A stretch of 64,000 nt of DNA from the human T2T-CHM13v2.0 reference genome, Homo sapiens, in the NCBI RefSeq assembly GCF_009914755.1, contig NC_060936.1. One strand, given 5' to 3'. Positions within the stretch are counted from its first letter, which is position 1; each line of letters opens with the position of its first letter. This document shows positions 14,245 through 28,214 of the stretch, piece after piece. The translations under genes were made by a program, and so were the position numbers. Under the pieces are notes generated by a model that saw only the letters and a list, made by a program, of their open reading frames with translations, did not search any database and was not told the DNA's origin.

Positions 14245-14645
14245 TGTATTAGGCCATTCTTGCATTGTTATAAAGGAATACCTGAGACTGGATAAATAAT
14301 AAAGAAAAGAGATTTAATTGGCTCACAGTTCTGCAGGCTGTACAAGCATGGAGCCAGCACCTCTTCAGATGCTGGGGAGGCCTCAGGGAGCTTTTACTCA
14401 TGGTGGAAAGTGAAGTGGGAGCAGGTACGTCACATGGTGAGAGCAGGAGTAGGGCTTGGGGGAGGTGCTAACATACTTTTAAACAACCAGATCTAGTGAG
14501 AACTAACTCACTAACATGAGGACAGTACCAAGCCACGAGGGATCCTCCCCTATGAACCAAACACCTCCCACCAGGCCCCACCTCCAACACTGGGGATTAC
14601 ATTCCAAAATGAGATTTGGGTGGGGCAAACATCCAAACCATACCA
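14245..14645 (-). mobile_element. MSTA-like MaLR solo LTR
   Basis: TGTATTAGGCCATTCTTGCATTG...CATCCAAACCATACCA; 5-bp TSD TAGGG/TAGAG. Confidence 0.9.
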
Positions 14646-15809
14646 TAGAGGACATTTAAATACATTATTCACTGTTAGTAACAGGGATTCTACTGTCTCC
14701 CCTATCTTCATATAAGTCCAGAATGCTCTCCCTAGATATGTAACGAAGCCTCTTCACCTAATCCCGATCCTAATGGCCAAGACAGGAATAAAAACAGAGC
14801 TATGGACCAACGCCGTTACCCCATTATGACAACAAATACTTGCTGCTCTCAGGTATATTTGGAAAACTCCGTCTCTTTGCTCTGCACACACGACTAATGT
14901 CACAAGGATTTATGAAATGGGTTGAATCTTTTAGCCCTTAAATCCTAAAAATCCCAGCCTGGTTAAGTGCTGGGCATACAGCAAAACATAGTGGTTCTAA
15001 GCTATTCTGGAAAAGTCACTGAGGCATCAGTGGCATGTAAGGAAATATCCCTCAGAACAGGTCAGAGAAAGCTAGAAATAAGGTCAGTTAAGGCAATATC
15101 CCCAATATGGAAACATTTAAAGAGGAGAAACTGGTTTCTACTGAGAAATTAAATGTAGACTTAAAAGACTATCCCTTTCCAAAAATCTACTTATCATGCA
15201 ACTACTACCAAATGTATTAAGCAGACAATAACTTACGTAAACATGGTAACAGGTCAGCATAACATCTTCTCTACAACCTTCCAGGAGACACTGCTGAGCA
15301 CAGCAGGGGTGCAATGCTATACTCCTCCCAATAGGCAAGGATTTTATTGCTAAATCCCATTAAATTGCACAAAATATCAAAATATAGTAGGAATTCATAA
15401 CCAACAATGGCACAGGAGCTCTGCATCTGAAGAAATTTGCTGCCTCATTTATTGTGTGTACTATAGCCCTGCGTGCGTGGTCAAAGCAAAAAGAAGATAA
15501 AGGGGAAAAAGTTTCAGTACTGTAACCCCAGACCAGTCACCTAAAACACAAAGTCTGGGAGTTTGCATATTGTATATACAATTTAGTTTACATTGAAACA
15601 AGAGTCTCAACTGATGGTAGAAAAGTTGGGGATTTGCAGAGGGTAACAGTAAAGCTTTATTTGAAGCTTAACTTGTAAGTTAAGCTTTCCATTTAAGTAG
15701 TGAGTTTCAAGCAGAGCACTGTCTGACCACACAGACTGCATTAAGTATCTTCTTCTAGTTCAAGAGTAGAAAACCTTTTAAAAGAGTCTAGAAGATATTG
15801 TGAATAGCC

Positions 15810-16110
15810 TGAAGCTGGAAACCATCATTCTCAGCAAAGTATCGCAAGGACAAAAAACCAAACACCGCGTGTTCTCACTCATAGATGGGAATTGAATAAT
15901 GAGAACACATGGACACAGGAAGGGGAACATCACACACTGGGGCCTGTTGTGGGGTTGGGGGAGGGGGCAGGGATAGCATTTGGAAATATACCTAATGTAA
16001 ATGACAAGTTAATGGGTGCAGCACACCAACATGGCACATGTGTACATATGTAACTAACCTGCACGTTGTGCACATGTACCCTAAAACTTAAAGTATAATA
16101 ATAAAAAAAA
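15810..16110 (+). mobile_element. L1PA 3' end (L1PA3-5-like), 5'-truncated
   Basis: L1 3'UTR ending CCCTAAAACTTAAAGTATAATAA; TSD AAAAGAGTCTAGA / AAAAGACTCTAGA. Confidence 0.95.
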
Positions 16111-16462
16111 GACTCTAGAGGCTTCATAGCAGAAACAAATTAATATCTTGTTGAAATTACAGGGCACACAGTAAGAACATGACACAATATAGTGCCTTAA
16201 AAGTCAGATTGTGTTTTTACATCAAGACCCTATTAAGTTGGTTCAGAGAACAAGACTCCACCAGAGAAAAGGGGGTGGAGGCAGATTCCCAAAGACTCTT
16301 TAGGCTTGGGGGGAAGCAATCAATAATAAGCAGACATGTGAGTCCAGGTGGAGGTGGAGAGGGTTAAGACGATAAAAAACCTCAACAATAATGGCCAAAA
16401 GGCCCACTCCACATGTCTGAAATTGGGAAGTGTGAGAAGGAGCCTTAAAAATTGTCCAATGC

Positions 16463-17070
<608 letters not shown>

Positions 17071-17534
17071 TTTAATGTCATTATTAATTATGGGGACATA
17101 AGGAAAATGACAGAAAAGCAAATTACAATTTTTCAAAAATGCTTTCCATTTTAAAAGTGGTAAAGGAGCCATCTTCACCAATAAAACCAAAGCATAAAAA
17201 TGTGACCACTCTTTAATTTAATTCTTTATAGTTGCATGGAGATCAGAAGTTATTCTCTTCCTGCCAAAAAGCCACTGACATTTATTAAAAACATTCTTAA
17301 ATTCAAGATCAGGGGTTGGGGAAAGGGAAAGGAAACAAATTGGCAGTGTTCTGTAAGACCAAAGTTGGCAACTGGGAAACTTAATTTTGGAATACGCCGG
17401 CTTTCGACAAAGATCATTGGTAAGTTAAGGATTGTGCTGGTTTTCACTGAAATATTTATGATGAAGGTATTTCCTAGGAGAGGCATCTTTCAGTAGAGGC
17501 CTTGAAAGCTGCCAGAATCAATGACTTTCTTCTA

Positions 17535-17645
17535 TGTTAATTAGCTTGATTGAGGTAATCACTTCACAATGTATACATATATCAAAACACAGCGTTGTCC
17601 ATCTTAAATATATACAACTTTTATTTGTCCATTATACCTTAATAA
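17535..17645 (+). mobile_element. L1MA/L1MB 3' terminal fragment
   Basis: TGTTAATTAGCTTGATT...CACAATGTATACATATATCAAAACA. Confidence 0.8.
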
Positions 17646-18712
17646 TTCTGGGGTCGGGAAGAAAGAAGGCGTTGTGTTGATCACATTATCTTGTATGCTA
17701 CTTTAGAGGTTCAGGTGTCATCTGTCATTTCATTTGAACAATTATCATAATTGAAATATATTATCATATGACAATTGTCACTCAAGAGGTTATCTGATGG
17801 AACAGCTGTGTTAGAAAACGAGTACAGATATATATTTGAAAGGAAATTTAGATGTGAGAAAATTTTACAAACAGGTCTAAACTATTGTCAGAATACCTCA
17901 TGCTATTAAGAGTCAGAACCCTGTGAAGTATTAGAGCTCATGAAAATCTACTAAACATAATGTGAAGCTTTTATTTTTTGGTATATTTTGTTAAAATTTA
18001 ATATTAAAGCAGCTATTCATCTATTAAAAGTTAACTATAAGTAACTTGTAAATAAAAGAAGAAGAGATCAATGGCTTTGACCTAATCCCCTTGCTTTCTA
18101 CCAACTATAAAAATGACTACATATATGTACCTATGCTTGACAGTACAGACAATATAGTGTCTCCCCATGTCCTCAGAGAACAGAAACTTCTTGCTTCCCT
18201 TTACTTTCTAGCTCCTGTCAACCTCTCCAGCTTCATCTCCCATGCAGATGGTTTGGGATTACCTACCAAGCCCACTAAGCACATGCTTAGGACACCAGCA
18301 ATGCAAGCCGCATTCTCCCCTAACCCACCTCCAAAATGAGAAAGTTGAACTCAGTGAATCTATCCATAACTTATAATCAGATAAATCTAGAAAAGCTACT
18401 TTAACTTTAGCTTTCAGGTAGTTACTGTATTGTATTGAAAAACAAAATATTTCCCATTCTTTATGCCTTTTATTTCTTTTTCTTACCTAATAAATCACTG
18501 GCTAGGGAAAAGTAAAATGATATTTGGCATTACACATGGCAAGGGAGCATGCCTGGAGCTTCTCATGATCATAACTGACTCCAATCATTCTAAATTACTT
18601 ATGATCCCCAGTGGAATGTTTTCTCAACTCTGACTTTTTTGTTTAATATGCAGCATCCTTAGCGTATTGTTCTTCCTTAAACATTTTACCTAAAAAACTC
18701 CAACTCATTTAA

Positions 18713-19683
<971 letters not shown>

Positions 19684-19746
19684 GGTATCTTGTCTGCTGA
19701 ATCCGGGAGCACCCTGTCCTTGCCCCCAGAATAGCTCTAATTAAGC

Positions 19747-20257
19747 TGTATATGGAAGTGCCTATGTATGCCCCATCTCCCTGTCCACACTGGAAACTCC
19801 CTCCTAGATATCTCTCCTTTTCTCCTCTAGGTTACTCTGCACCCTTCCCCAGAGACTGGCCATTCTGGTGTTCACCACGGGTTCTCATGAATTTGGTTAG
19901 ATTCCAAGTGGGAATCTTAAGAGTAAATTAGAGCAAGAGAGGGATGTGATGCCAAGGCATTTGCATTTATTTCTCTGCTCATTCCCTGAAAGGGACCTCA
20001 GCTATCTGGATTCTTCATTGTCTCTCCCAAAGCAACATTCTCTACACAAACTTCTTCCAGGTTGTAGTAACCATTCCCTCACCTTTTCCCTTTGTACCTA
20101 GGACAGAAAATAGCTCCTTTGTGCATGAGGTTACTGCAGTATTCCTTGTATTACACCTATGACCCCTTCCAATTCATGTGCATAAACAGTTCATTTGTGA
20201 ATATACCCTCCAAAACCTAATCTGAGTACCTTTTCTTTCTTGTGATTCTGATCCATA
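19747..20257 (+). mobile_element. Degenerate ERVL-type LTR (family uncertain)
   Basis: LTR16/33-like composition and 3' end; weak match. Confidence 0.4.
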
Positions 20258-20743
20258 CCCTTTGTCTCCATTCATTCAATAAAAATTATGTTCCAGACAC
20301 TATTCTAGACATTCACATTCTAGATTCTTGAGAAAGAGAAAGAGAGAGAGATTTAGAGAGAAAGTTCCTGCTAGTGAAATTGACATTTAACATTTTGGAC
20401 TTTGTCCAGTGTCTGAGCTGAGCAGGTGCTATTTTGAATGGGTGAATATATTCATCTTTTCATTAAGCTTTCTTATTCAATGATATATTAAAAGTGTTTG
20501 CCAGGTGAGTGGGCAAAAGTCTACTGGTAACATACAGAGGATATTACTGATGGGAGTAAGAAGAGGACTGGCAATAAGCCATACAAAAGAGGATTCTTAA
20601 ACCAGTGACTGCAGGCCTCATAGAAGATCAAACAGCAACAAGAGCAATATTTATTTCATTGTAAGTCCACTTTTTATTGAATAAATTGAAAGACACCTAC
20701 AATATTTTTCCTGAATAAGTGAGATCTTAATAATAAACACACA

Positions 20744-21051
20744 GGGGCAGGCGTGGTGGCTCACACCTGTAATCCCACCACTTTGGGAGGCCAAGGTGGT
20801 CAGATCATGAGGTTAGGAGATTGAGACCATCCTGGCTAACACGGTGAAACTTCGTCTCTACTAAAAAATACAAAAAATTAGCCGGGCGTGGTGTCAGGCA
20901 CCTATACTCCCAGTTGCTTGGGAGGCTGAACCAGGAGAATGGCATGAACCCAGGAGGCGGAGCTTGTGGTGAGCCGACATCGCACCACTGCACTCCAGCC
21001 TGAGCGACAGAGCAAGAGTCCGTCTCCAAAAATAATAATAATAATAATAAT
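20744..21051 (+). mobile_element. AluY-like with (AAT)n tail
   Basis: GAGACCATCCTGGCTAACACGGTGAAAC diagnostic. Confidence 0.96.
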
Positions 21052-21522
21052 AGACATAGAAAGTTGGTTTTCTCGGCTTTTCCACCAGATCATATCACTG
21101 CACACATCATAACTTCCACCCTCTCCTCAAGAACTATCCCACACATAAATATCCTGGCTAGCTTTTAGAAAAAAAGATATTTTATGGAAAACAGTGACAC
21201 TTCTTAGGAGGCAGATGTGTTAAGCTAAATGTCTTATTAGTAATATGAGTCACTTAATGTTCTAAGCCCTAGTACCTTGCAAAGGCATCTTTTTACATCC
21301 GTCTGAGATTTTCATCAAATAATATTCATGCCAAGAAACCAGAAAAGTCTATTATATCCTGTCTTTTACTCATCCTTTAAAAAAAAACATCAGATTTACC
21401 CCCAAGCAAGCAGAAAAGCAAAAATTCTACACTTAAGCCATCTCCAAGAAATAGCACGAGAGGGTGATGATGGCATTGCCATCTGCAATGGAGCATGGTG
21501 AATACCAGCACCAAGGTAATCT

Positions 21523-21610
21523 AATTATGTCTTGATGCCAACACAAATTTTTACTGGCTTTCCCCCAATTATGTCTTAATGCCAACACAAGCTTTTACTG
21601 GCTTTCCCCT
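21523..21610. repeat. 44-bp tandem duplication (2 copies)
   Basis: AATTATGTCTT(G/A)ATGCCAACACAA..TTTTACTGGCTTTCCCC repeated directly. Confidence 0.95.
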
Positions 21611-21727
21611 AGCTCTTCAAAATTAGAATAAATTGCACATATTATGAGAGTGAGTGATAATAATTATGATTCTTAAGTTCTACCATGTTAATGATAAAAT
21701 GTGAATATATTCACTTAGTGCATATTC

Positions 21728-22317
21728 TGGGATATCAAAGACCACTCTCACTTCTGATACCAACTGCAACTAAGGATTGCCAAGATCACTTTCAGTTTTA
21801 AAAATTTTCTACAAGGATTAAGAACTCACTGAAAACAGTTAAATTTTTGGTTGCAGCTCATTACAGTGAAAAGATACAGCTTAAAATCATCCAAGGGAAG
21901 AGGTGCATGAGGCAGAGTCCAAAACATGTCCACACACACATACTTCCCAATGAAGCCATGGACAGTGGCAACTTTCCCAGCAATGTTTGTGACAGTACAC
22001 ATGGAGTATTGCCAACCAAGGAAGCTGACCTGAGTCTTGGTGTCCAGAGTTTTTATTCAGGCTCATATCATAGACAAAGTTGACTATCCATGTGGCTAAC
22101 CTAGATCCAGCCCTTCCAGAGATCAAGCTGATATCATGTGACCCAAAGCCCTCCTCATAAATCACACTGTTAAACTATCTGGCTTGGCCCAAGATCCCTG
22201 GGAAACAAAGACATTCTTTTTAGGCGGGATATTTGAAGGGCTTAGAAATTACCTCCCAAGAGCTGAGGGCAAAGGCCAGACCTGTCTTTGGACAAGGTTA
22301 ACTTCTTCTTTATCCAC
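21728..22317 (-). mobile_element. MER21C/MER77-like LTR
   Basis: GGCAAAGGCCAGACCTGTCTTTGGACAAGGTTAA end; TTGGTGTCCAGAGTTTTTATT. Confidence 0.75.
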
Positions 22318-23864
22318 TTGGGGAATCAAAAAGTTCAGGAATTGTAATCAGAAATTCCATTTAGCACTAGCATTATTTATAAATAACTTAGCATCCCATT
22401 TTGGTATTGTTAGCATGCTTTTCTTTTAATTTCCAGCTTTATTCTGGGTAGAGTAACATCTACACCACATCTACTTTCTAAAAACATCCAGAAGCAAGAC
22501 AGAGAGATATTCAAGAAAGAAAAACCTCTGGGATATTTCTAGTTTTTAATGCCTAACTCTGTCAGTAATAAGTGAAATAGGAGCAGATTTTACATGTCCT
22601 TGAGGAATATCAAAATTGGCACTTGGAGGAAGGAGAACAGACAAGCTAACGGCAACCTACATTCTATAGTTTTCTATCAGTGAACTCTGGTTTCCACTAA
22701 AAGAGAATTCAACTCAATAAAGACTAAACAGAGTCAGATAATAGCCTAACAGTCTAGCGAAGATAATTTTTAAAACAGCAAAATAAAAGAATAAGGAATA
22801 AGCATTAAATTCTTGAAACAAAGAAAAAAACCTAGGAAAACAATTCAGTCCATGTACCTGTTAAAAACAGCTTTTGTGGAACCAAAAACTGTTAGGATTT
22901 GGTAAGGTTTCTTATTCTTTCTGAGTTACCTATTCTGTTCCATTTTCATTTTTATTGGAATAAAGTCATATAATAAAATATCAATATAAAAAAATCATGC
23001 TTGGTATCAAGTTCAGTAAAAGTCATTTAAGGAAAATGAAATGCTATTTACTAGTTCCATATAGTAGAATTATATATTCAAATTGGCCGCTGCATTTTTA
23101 GAAGGTATTTGTCACACAGTCAATGTAATTCTTCAAAATTGAAATGTCAACTTCCCCATTCCCCAGTATGTTTCCTCAATTTCTGTCCTTTTTGCTACAG
23201 TTTCTTTTTGTTCATCCACTTTATTTTAAGTAGGATCATCAAGATGACCATGCCACTCTTTTCCGATGTTCATAAGCTATGTGTTGGAATTTTGTGATAG
23301 AATTGTTTTCTTTCATGTTTTAATATCACCTCTTTTGATCAGAATATTCTTCTTTTGCAATTAGTCAATCACTTGACATTTATTGAACATGGATCAGTGC
23401 ATATACAATGCTAAGCATTGCTAAGCTTAGCTAAGCCATTACATAAATGGTTAAGAGTACAAGGTGGCAATTAAATGATAATTGGAAAATAAATCAGCTA
23501 ATTATCAGTGATATAAACCTCCTGATAAGGAGCAACTGGTTGGTTTGGGTGGGCAGATAGAGTATTCAGTCTTGAGAAAGAAATTATTTGGGAGGACTAG
23601 AAGAAAGAATATGGGTGTGTGACATTTCAGGAAAACCATAGCAAACAGAAAGTTCATGGTATCCATGGCAGTTTTCAGTAGCAGTGAGGAGTACATCTGA
23701 CTGGAGCAAAATGCTCAACAAGGAAAGTGCTGAGATAGAAGGCCAGAAAGTGAGTGCAAGGCCACTCAGAGTCTGTGTATTCCAAAAGAAAGACGGAATG
23801 GGAGGTGTTAGAATTTGCACTAAAACCAGGCAGATCTTATTTCCAATCCTGTTTCTGCCACCAT

Positions 23865-24720
23865 TAGCGCTGGATTTCTCATCTTTGTAATGGAGATAAT
23901 AATAGCACAGACCTCAGAGTGTATATGTAAATATTAAATGGAAAAACTCTTATCACAGTGCTTAACACATATCAAGGGACAAAAAAAAAAGTTTGTTTCT
24001 ATTATTAGCCTCACCAGGGGAGTCTGGGTCTTGTTGTGTCACTATTAAAAGGTCTTGGTGTGGAATGATATGATGAATCATTCATTTGGAAACAACACCC
24101 ATTGCCCTGTATAAAGGGAGGAGGACACTCTTTTCCCATTCCGTTTATGCAGGCTTTTCATACAGTTTAAAGTCAGCTTAACCACATGAATTTGAACTGG
24201 TCTCCTCGTACCTAGCCACATCATTCCATTATGCCTGAGGGACTCTGGACCAAGCCCCCCAACCCCTGTAGTCAGTGGCAGGCTCTCAATAATGCCCCAG
24301 CACCTTTTCATATACTGAACTTTAAGTACAATGAACAAAGACTTGGGGGTCAGGAAAGACCTGGATTCAAACAATAGATAGGAGTTAAAAAATTATTCTT
24401 TTAGCCTTGTATTTCTCATATGTAAAAATATAAATAATAAAAAGCGAACCTTGTATATGTTGTTGTGATGCTTAAACGCGATAATTAAAGCAGAAGTATC
24501 TTACCAAAAGAGAATCAGACACAGTGGCTACACTACAGACACTTCAGAGCCCACTTCATGCCGGGTCCTAGGTATTGTCTGCTTTAATCATTATAACGAT
24601 CCTATGAGAGAGATGCTGTATAGTCCCATTTTCCCTATGAGGAAGCTGAGGTCTAGAAGGGTTAAGTAACTTGCCGAGTCACAGATGGAGCGTGAAAATA
24701 TCTTTGGTTGACTTAAAAGC
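23865..24720. mobile_element. Several MIR fragments (about 23865-24005, 24340-24500, 24545-24720)
   Basis: TTTCTCATCTTTGTAATGGAGATAATAATAG; GAGGAAGCTGAGG...GGTTAAGTAACTTGCC. Confidence 0.65.
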
Positions 24721-24837
24721 CATAATAAAGGGAAAGCCCTTGTGTTTTCTAGGAAGCCATTTACTCATTATAATGTGTTTTATCATTAAGGTCAGAAGCT
24801 GCTAGCCATTGCTAGTGGTACAGAGAGGCTTCAAGAG

Positions 24838-25284
24838 TCATTGCAGCACTATTCACAATAGCAAAGACATGGAATCAACCCAAATGCCCACTAATGATAG
24901 ATCAGATGAAGAAAATGTGGTACATATACACCATGGAATACTATGCAGCCACAAAAAAGAATGATATCATGTCCTTTGCAGGGACATGGATGGAGCTGGA
25001 GGCCATTATCCTTAGCAAACTAATGCAGGGACAGAAAACCAAATACCACATGTTCTCACTTATAAGTGGGGGCTAAAAGATGAGAACACATGGACACATA
25101 GAGAGGAACAAAGACACACTGGGGTCCTTCAGAGGGTGGAATGTGGAAGGAGGGAGAAGATCAGGAAAAGTATTTAATGGCTACTAGCCTTAATACCTGG
25201 GTGACAAAATAGTCTATACAACAAACCCACATGGCATAAAACTGCACTTGGACCCCTGAACTTAAATTAGAAGTTTAAAAAAAA
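24838..25284 (+). mobile_element. L1PA 3' end (older L1PA13-16-like), 5'-truncated
   Basis: ORF2 C-terminus MWYIYTMEYYAA plus 3'UTR; TSD AAGAGTCA (24833-24840 / 25283-25290). Confidence 0.93.
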
Positions 25285-25725
25285 GAGTCAGGCTGAGATC
25301 CTGGCTGTTCACCTCACTCTTTTCCTTCCAAAGGAACATATTTTAGTCAAAATTACCATTGTTGGGCATATCTGTCCCCTCTCTCCTAGCTGTGACCTGA
25401 CAACACTTGTAATCAGGTTGGCTTCATGCCTTAGTGTGAGCCTGAGCTGCTGATGAGCTACTTTCCTAGTCAACCCCTCCCTCCCTAACAACAGTCCTTC
25501 CCTCAGTTTCTGTGCCAACAGTAATTTTTCTGTCCTTAGCACCTCCCTTCTTGCACCTATTTTGATATTGCTTTGCTTGCTCTATTGTTTATTGTTTATC
25601 CTGGGAATCTCCCTTTTTGTTGTTGTTGTTTTTGCTTTGACAAATCAAGACATTTTTCTTTCCCATTGCTATTTCCACAGAACATTGAGGTCCTTGAAGT
25701 TGCTCATTTATTTTTCCTTGATGAT

Positions 25726-25820
25726 ATACATTTAGCACTAACCAGGGAAAATAAACTTTTCAACTTCCTTTAACATACATTTAGCACTAACCAGGGAAAA
25801 TAGATTTTTCAACTTCCTTT
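25726..25820. repeat. 49-bp tandem duplication (2 copies)
   Basis: ATACATTTAGCACTAACCAGGGAAAATA.A.TTTTCAACTTCCTTT twice. Confidence 0.95.
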
Positions 25821-26993
25821 GAGAGCCAGGATCCAGTCTTTGTGCCTTTTTATACTGTGAAGACCTGCTAATCTTTTACTCTACTTAAGTGCATAGCATG
25901 TGTTAAGGTATATGTTGAAACATCTGTCGCCTCACAGGGAAGCCAGAAGCTAGCTTCTAAAACCAGGATTCATTCTGCTGATCCAGGATGACATTTTGTC
26001 TTTTTACTCTTCCACGTGACTTCTGTATTTCAGGAGAGAGGAAGTGTGATTCCCATGGGGATGACGTGTTTCTTCTCAACCACCAACTCAGTCTTTCTCT
26101 AAGGCCACACACTTTTGCTGACCTAAAGAGTGGACTGATCTGATTTTTCTCCTGGGTTTTAGGAGAGGCAGAGTATTTATTCTATGAATGAACCCTTGAC
26201 CCCTTCCCAGGATATTAGTCCTTTCAACTTTCACTCATTTTTGTCATGCCCTTTCTTTGGACTGCCTCAGTAACCCATTGGGGCTGGAGGAACACAAGCT
26301 TTCTGGATGATTGTAAACACCAAACTGAAAAAAAACCTGTATCATGGAACACGTTATAGAATTATCTGATGAATTAATCTTTCAGAATACACCTCATTCC
26401 CCATGCTATTTATGTTGAACTGCCACTAGCAATTTTTTATTATTTCAATTTTTCATTATACTTGTATTTTAATTTTAGTAGTTGGTAATTTTTTATTTTG
26501 TTTTGCTTTTTTAAACAGCAAAAGCCTTTGTAGTAGATATTTATACCAATCAAGGATCCTTCTGCCTTAAGGTATTTAGTGGTTTGAATGCAATCATTTA
26601 AACTGTCCTGTGATTATGGGAGCTCACCTGGAACCCTCAGGTTATTTCAATTCTGTGTAAACACAGAACATAATGTAGAAGATCTGTTTGTGTGAAAACT
26701 CTGCTTCTCAAACATATTTGGACCCTGTCACAAGCATTCATCTATCTAAAGTTTGTTTAAAATGATGAATAATAAATCACCAATTATATCATGACTGTGG
26801 TCCTATCAAATTCCAGAATTAAGTTGAGCTGGAATTTGGCAGGCAGAGGTAAAGCCCATGACAGCGGGAGAGAAGGCTACTCAGAAGGCTCTATGCCCTC
26901 AAATAAGGACTAGCCCCCAGAATTTTGCAAGGAGGTACCATTCTTAAATGAAGATTCTGATCTTTGCAGATTTCTCTTTGCATGGGGACATAC

Positions 26994-27677
26994 TGCTGTG
27001 GGAATCAGGAGGACCAGAGAGACCTTGGGGTGAATACAGGAGGATCTTTATTGAGTGCACTCAGACCCAGCGGACTTAACATCCAAAAACTGGGCCAAGG
27101 ACAAAGACAGGTCTTGGCTTTTATACATACTTCAAAAGGGGTTGGCTAGTTTGAAGCAAGCTTACAGTGGCTTGAAAGCAAGGATACAGAGGCAGAACAA
27201 AGACAGTTAATCAAATTATGACAGGTTCATAACTCAGGATTACACATGACCGTTTCCATGCAGCCCAGATGTCTGTTATCTAGGTTTGCTCTAGTGCCTA
27301 GCTCGGGCTTATCCCATAACCTTCACTATAGTGCCCAGGTGGCTGTATCTCAGGGCTGCTCAGATGGTTTATGACCTTCACTCCGCTGCTTAGATAAAAC
27401 TACTTGAAGTCACTAGTTGCAGAAAACAGGAATCTATAAACCCATACCACAAAGAAAGGAAAATTTTTCCTTCTTCTCCCTATGTTGAGGGAGTGCTGGG
27501 AGAGTCTCCAGAGCACATTCATTTCTGTCCTAGTTTCTCAGATAGTGTTTATCAAGGCTTTTCCTGGATTTGGGCAGTGCCTGTTGCTGACTCTGGGAAA
27601 AGTCAGCCTAATACAGGAAGGCTTATTTCTCTTTCTTTTTAATTTTATTTTTCTTTATTTCTTTAATTTCTGCCTCA
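26994..27677 (-). mobile_element. Solo LTR (family uncertain, LTR62/LTR64-like)
   Basis: TG...CA ends, 4-bp TSD ATAC (26990-26993 / 27678-27681), minus-strand AATAAA near 27047. Confidence 0.8.
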
Positions 27678-27689
27678 ATACAGCAAACT

Positions 27690-27860
27690 GATTAAAAGTG
27701 GGGGCTCTGAAGCCAGGTTTGATTTTCAGTTTTATGATTTACTCACAGTGTCAACTCCAAACAGTGAGTGTGAGGATTAAGTGAATTAATATATGAAAAA
27801 CACTTAAAATAATGTTTAAACATCATAATTCATCAGTAAATGTTATCCATTATATATTAT
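27690..27860 (+). mobile_element. MIR
   Basis: GTGTGAGGATTAAGTGAATTAATATATG. Confidence 0.65.
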
Positions 27861-27899
27861 TGGTAATTGTGTGCAATATCTGTTAAAATTCCTGGGCTC

Positions 27900-28197
27900 A
27901 GCCAGGCGTAATGGCTCACGCCTGTAATCCCAGCACTTTGGGAGGCCAAGGCAGGCAGATCACGAGGTCAGGAGATCGAGACCATCCTGGCTAACACGGT
28001 GAAACCCCATCTCTACTAAAAATACAAAACATTAGCCAGGCATGGTGGCAGGCACCTGTAGTCCCAGCTACTCGGGAGGCTGAGGCAGGAGAATGGTGTG
28101 AACCCGGGGGGGCAGAGCTTGCAGTGAGCTGAGATCACACCATTGCACTCCAGCCTGGGTGACAGGGCGAGACTCCATCTCAAAAAAAAAAAAAAAA
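27900..28197 (+). mobile_element. AluY-like
   Basis: Full dimer; TSD ATTCCTGGGCTC (27888-27899 / 28199-28210). Confidence 0.97.
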
Positions 28198-28214
28198 CAT
28201 TCCTGGGCTCTTGT

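Noticed and set aside
21523-25820. Direct repeats as a CRISPR-like array
   Set aside because: Only two adjacent copies each, no spacers, eukaryotic context.
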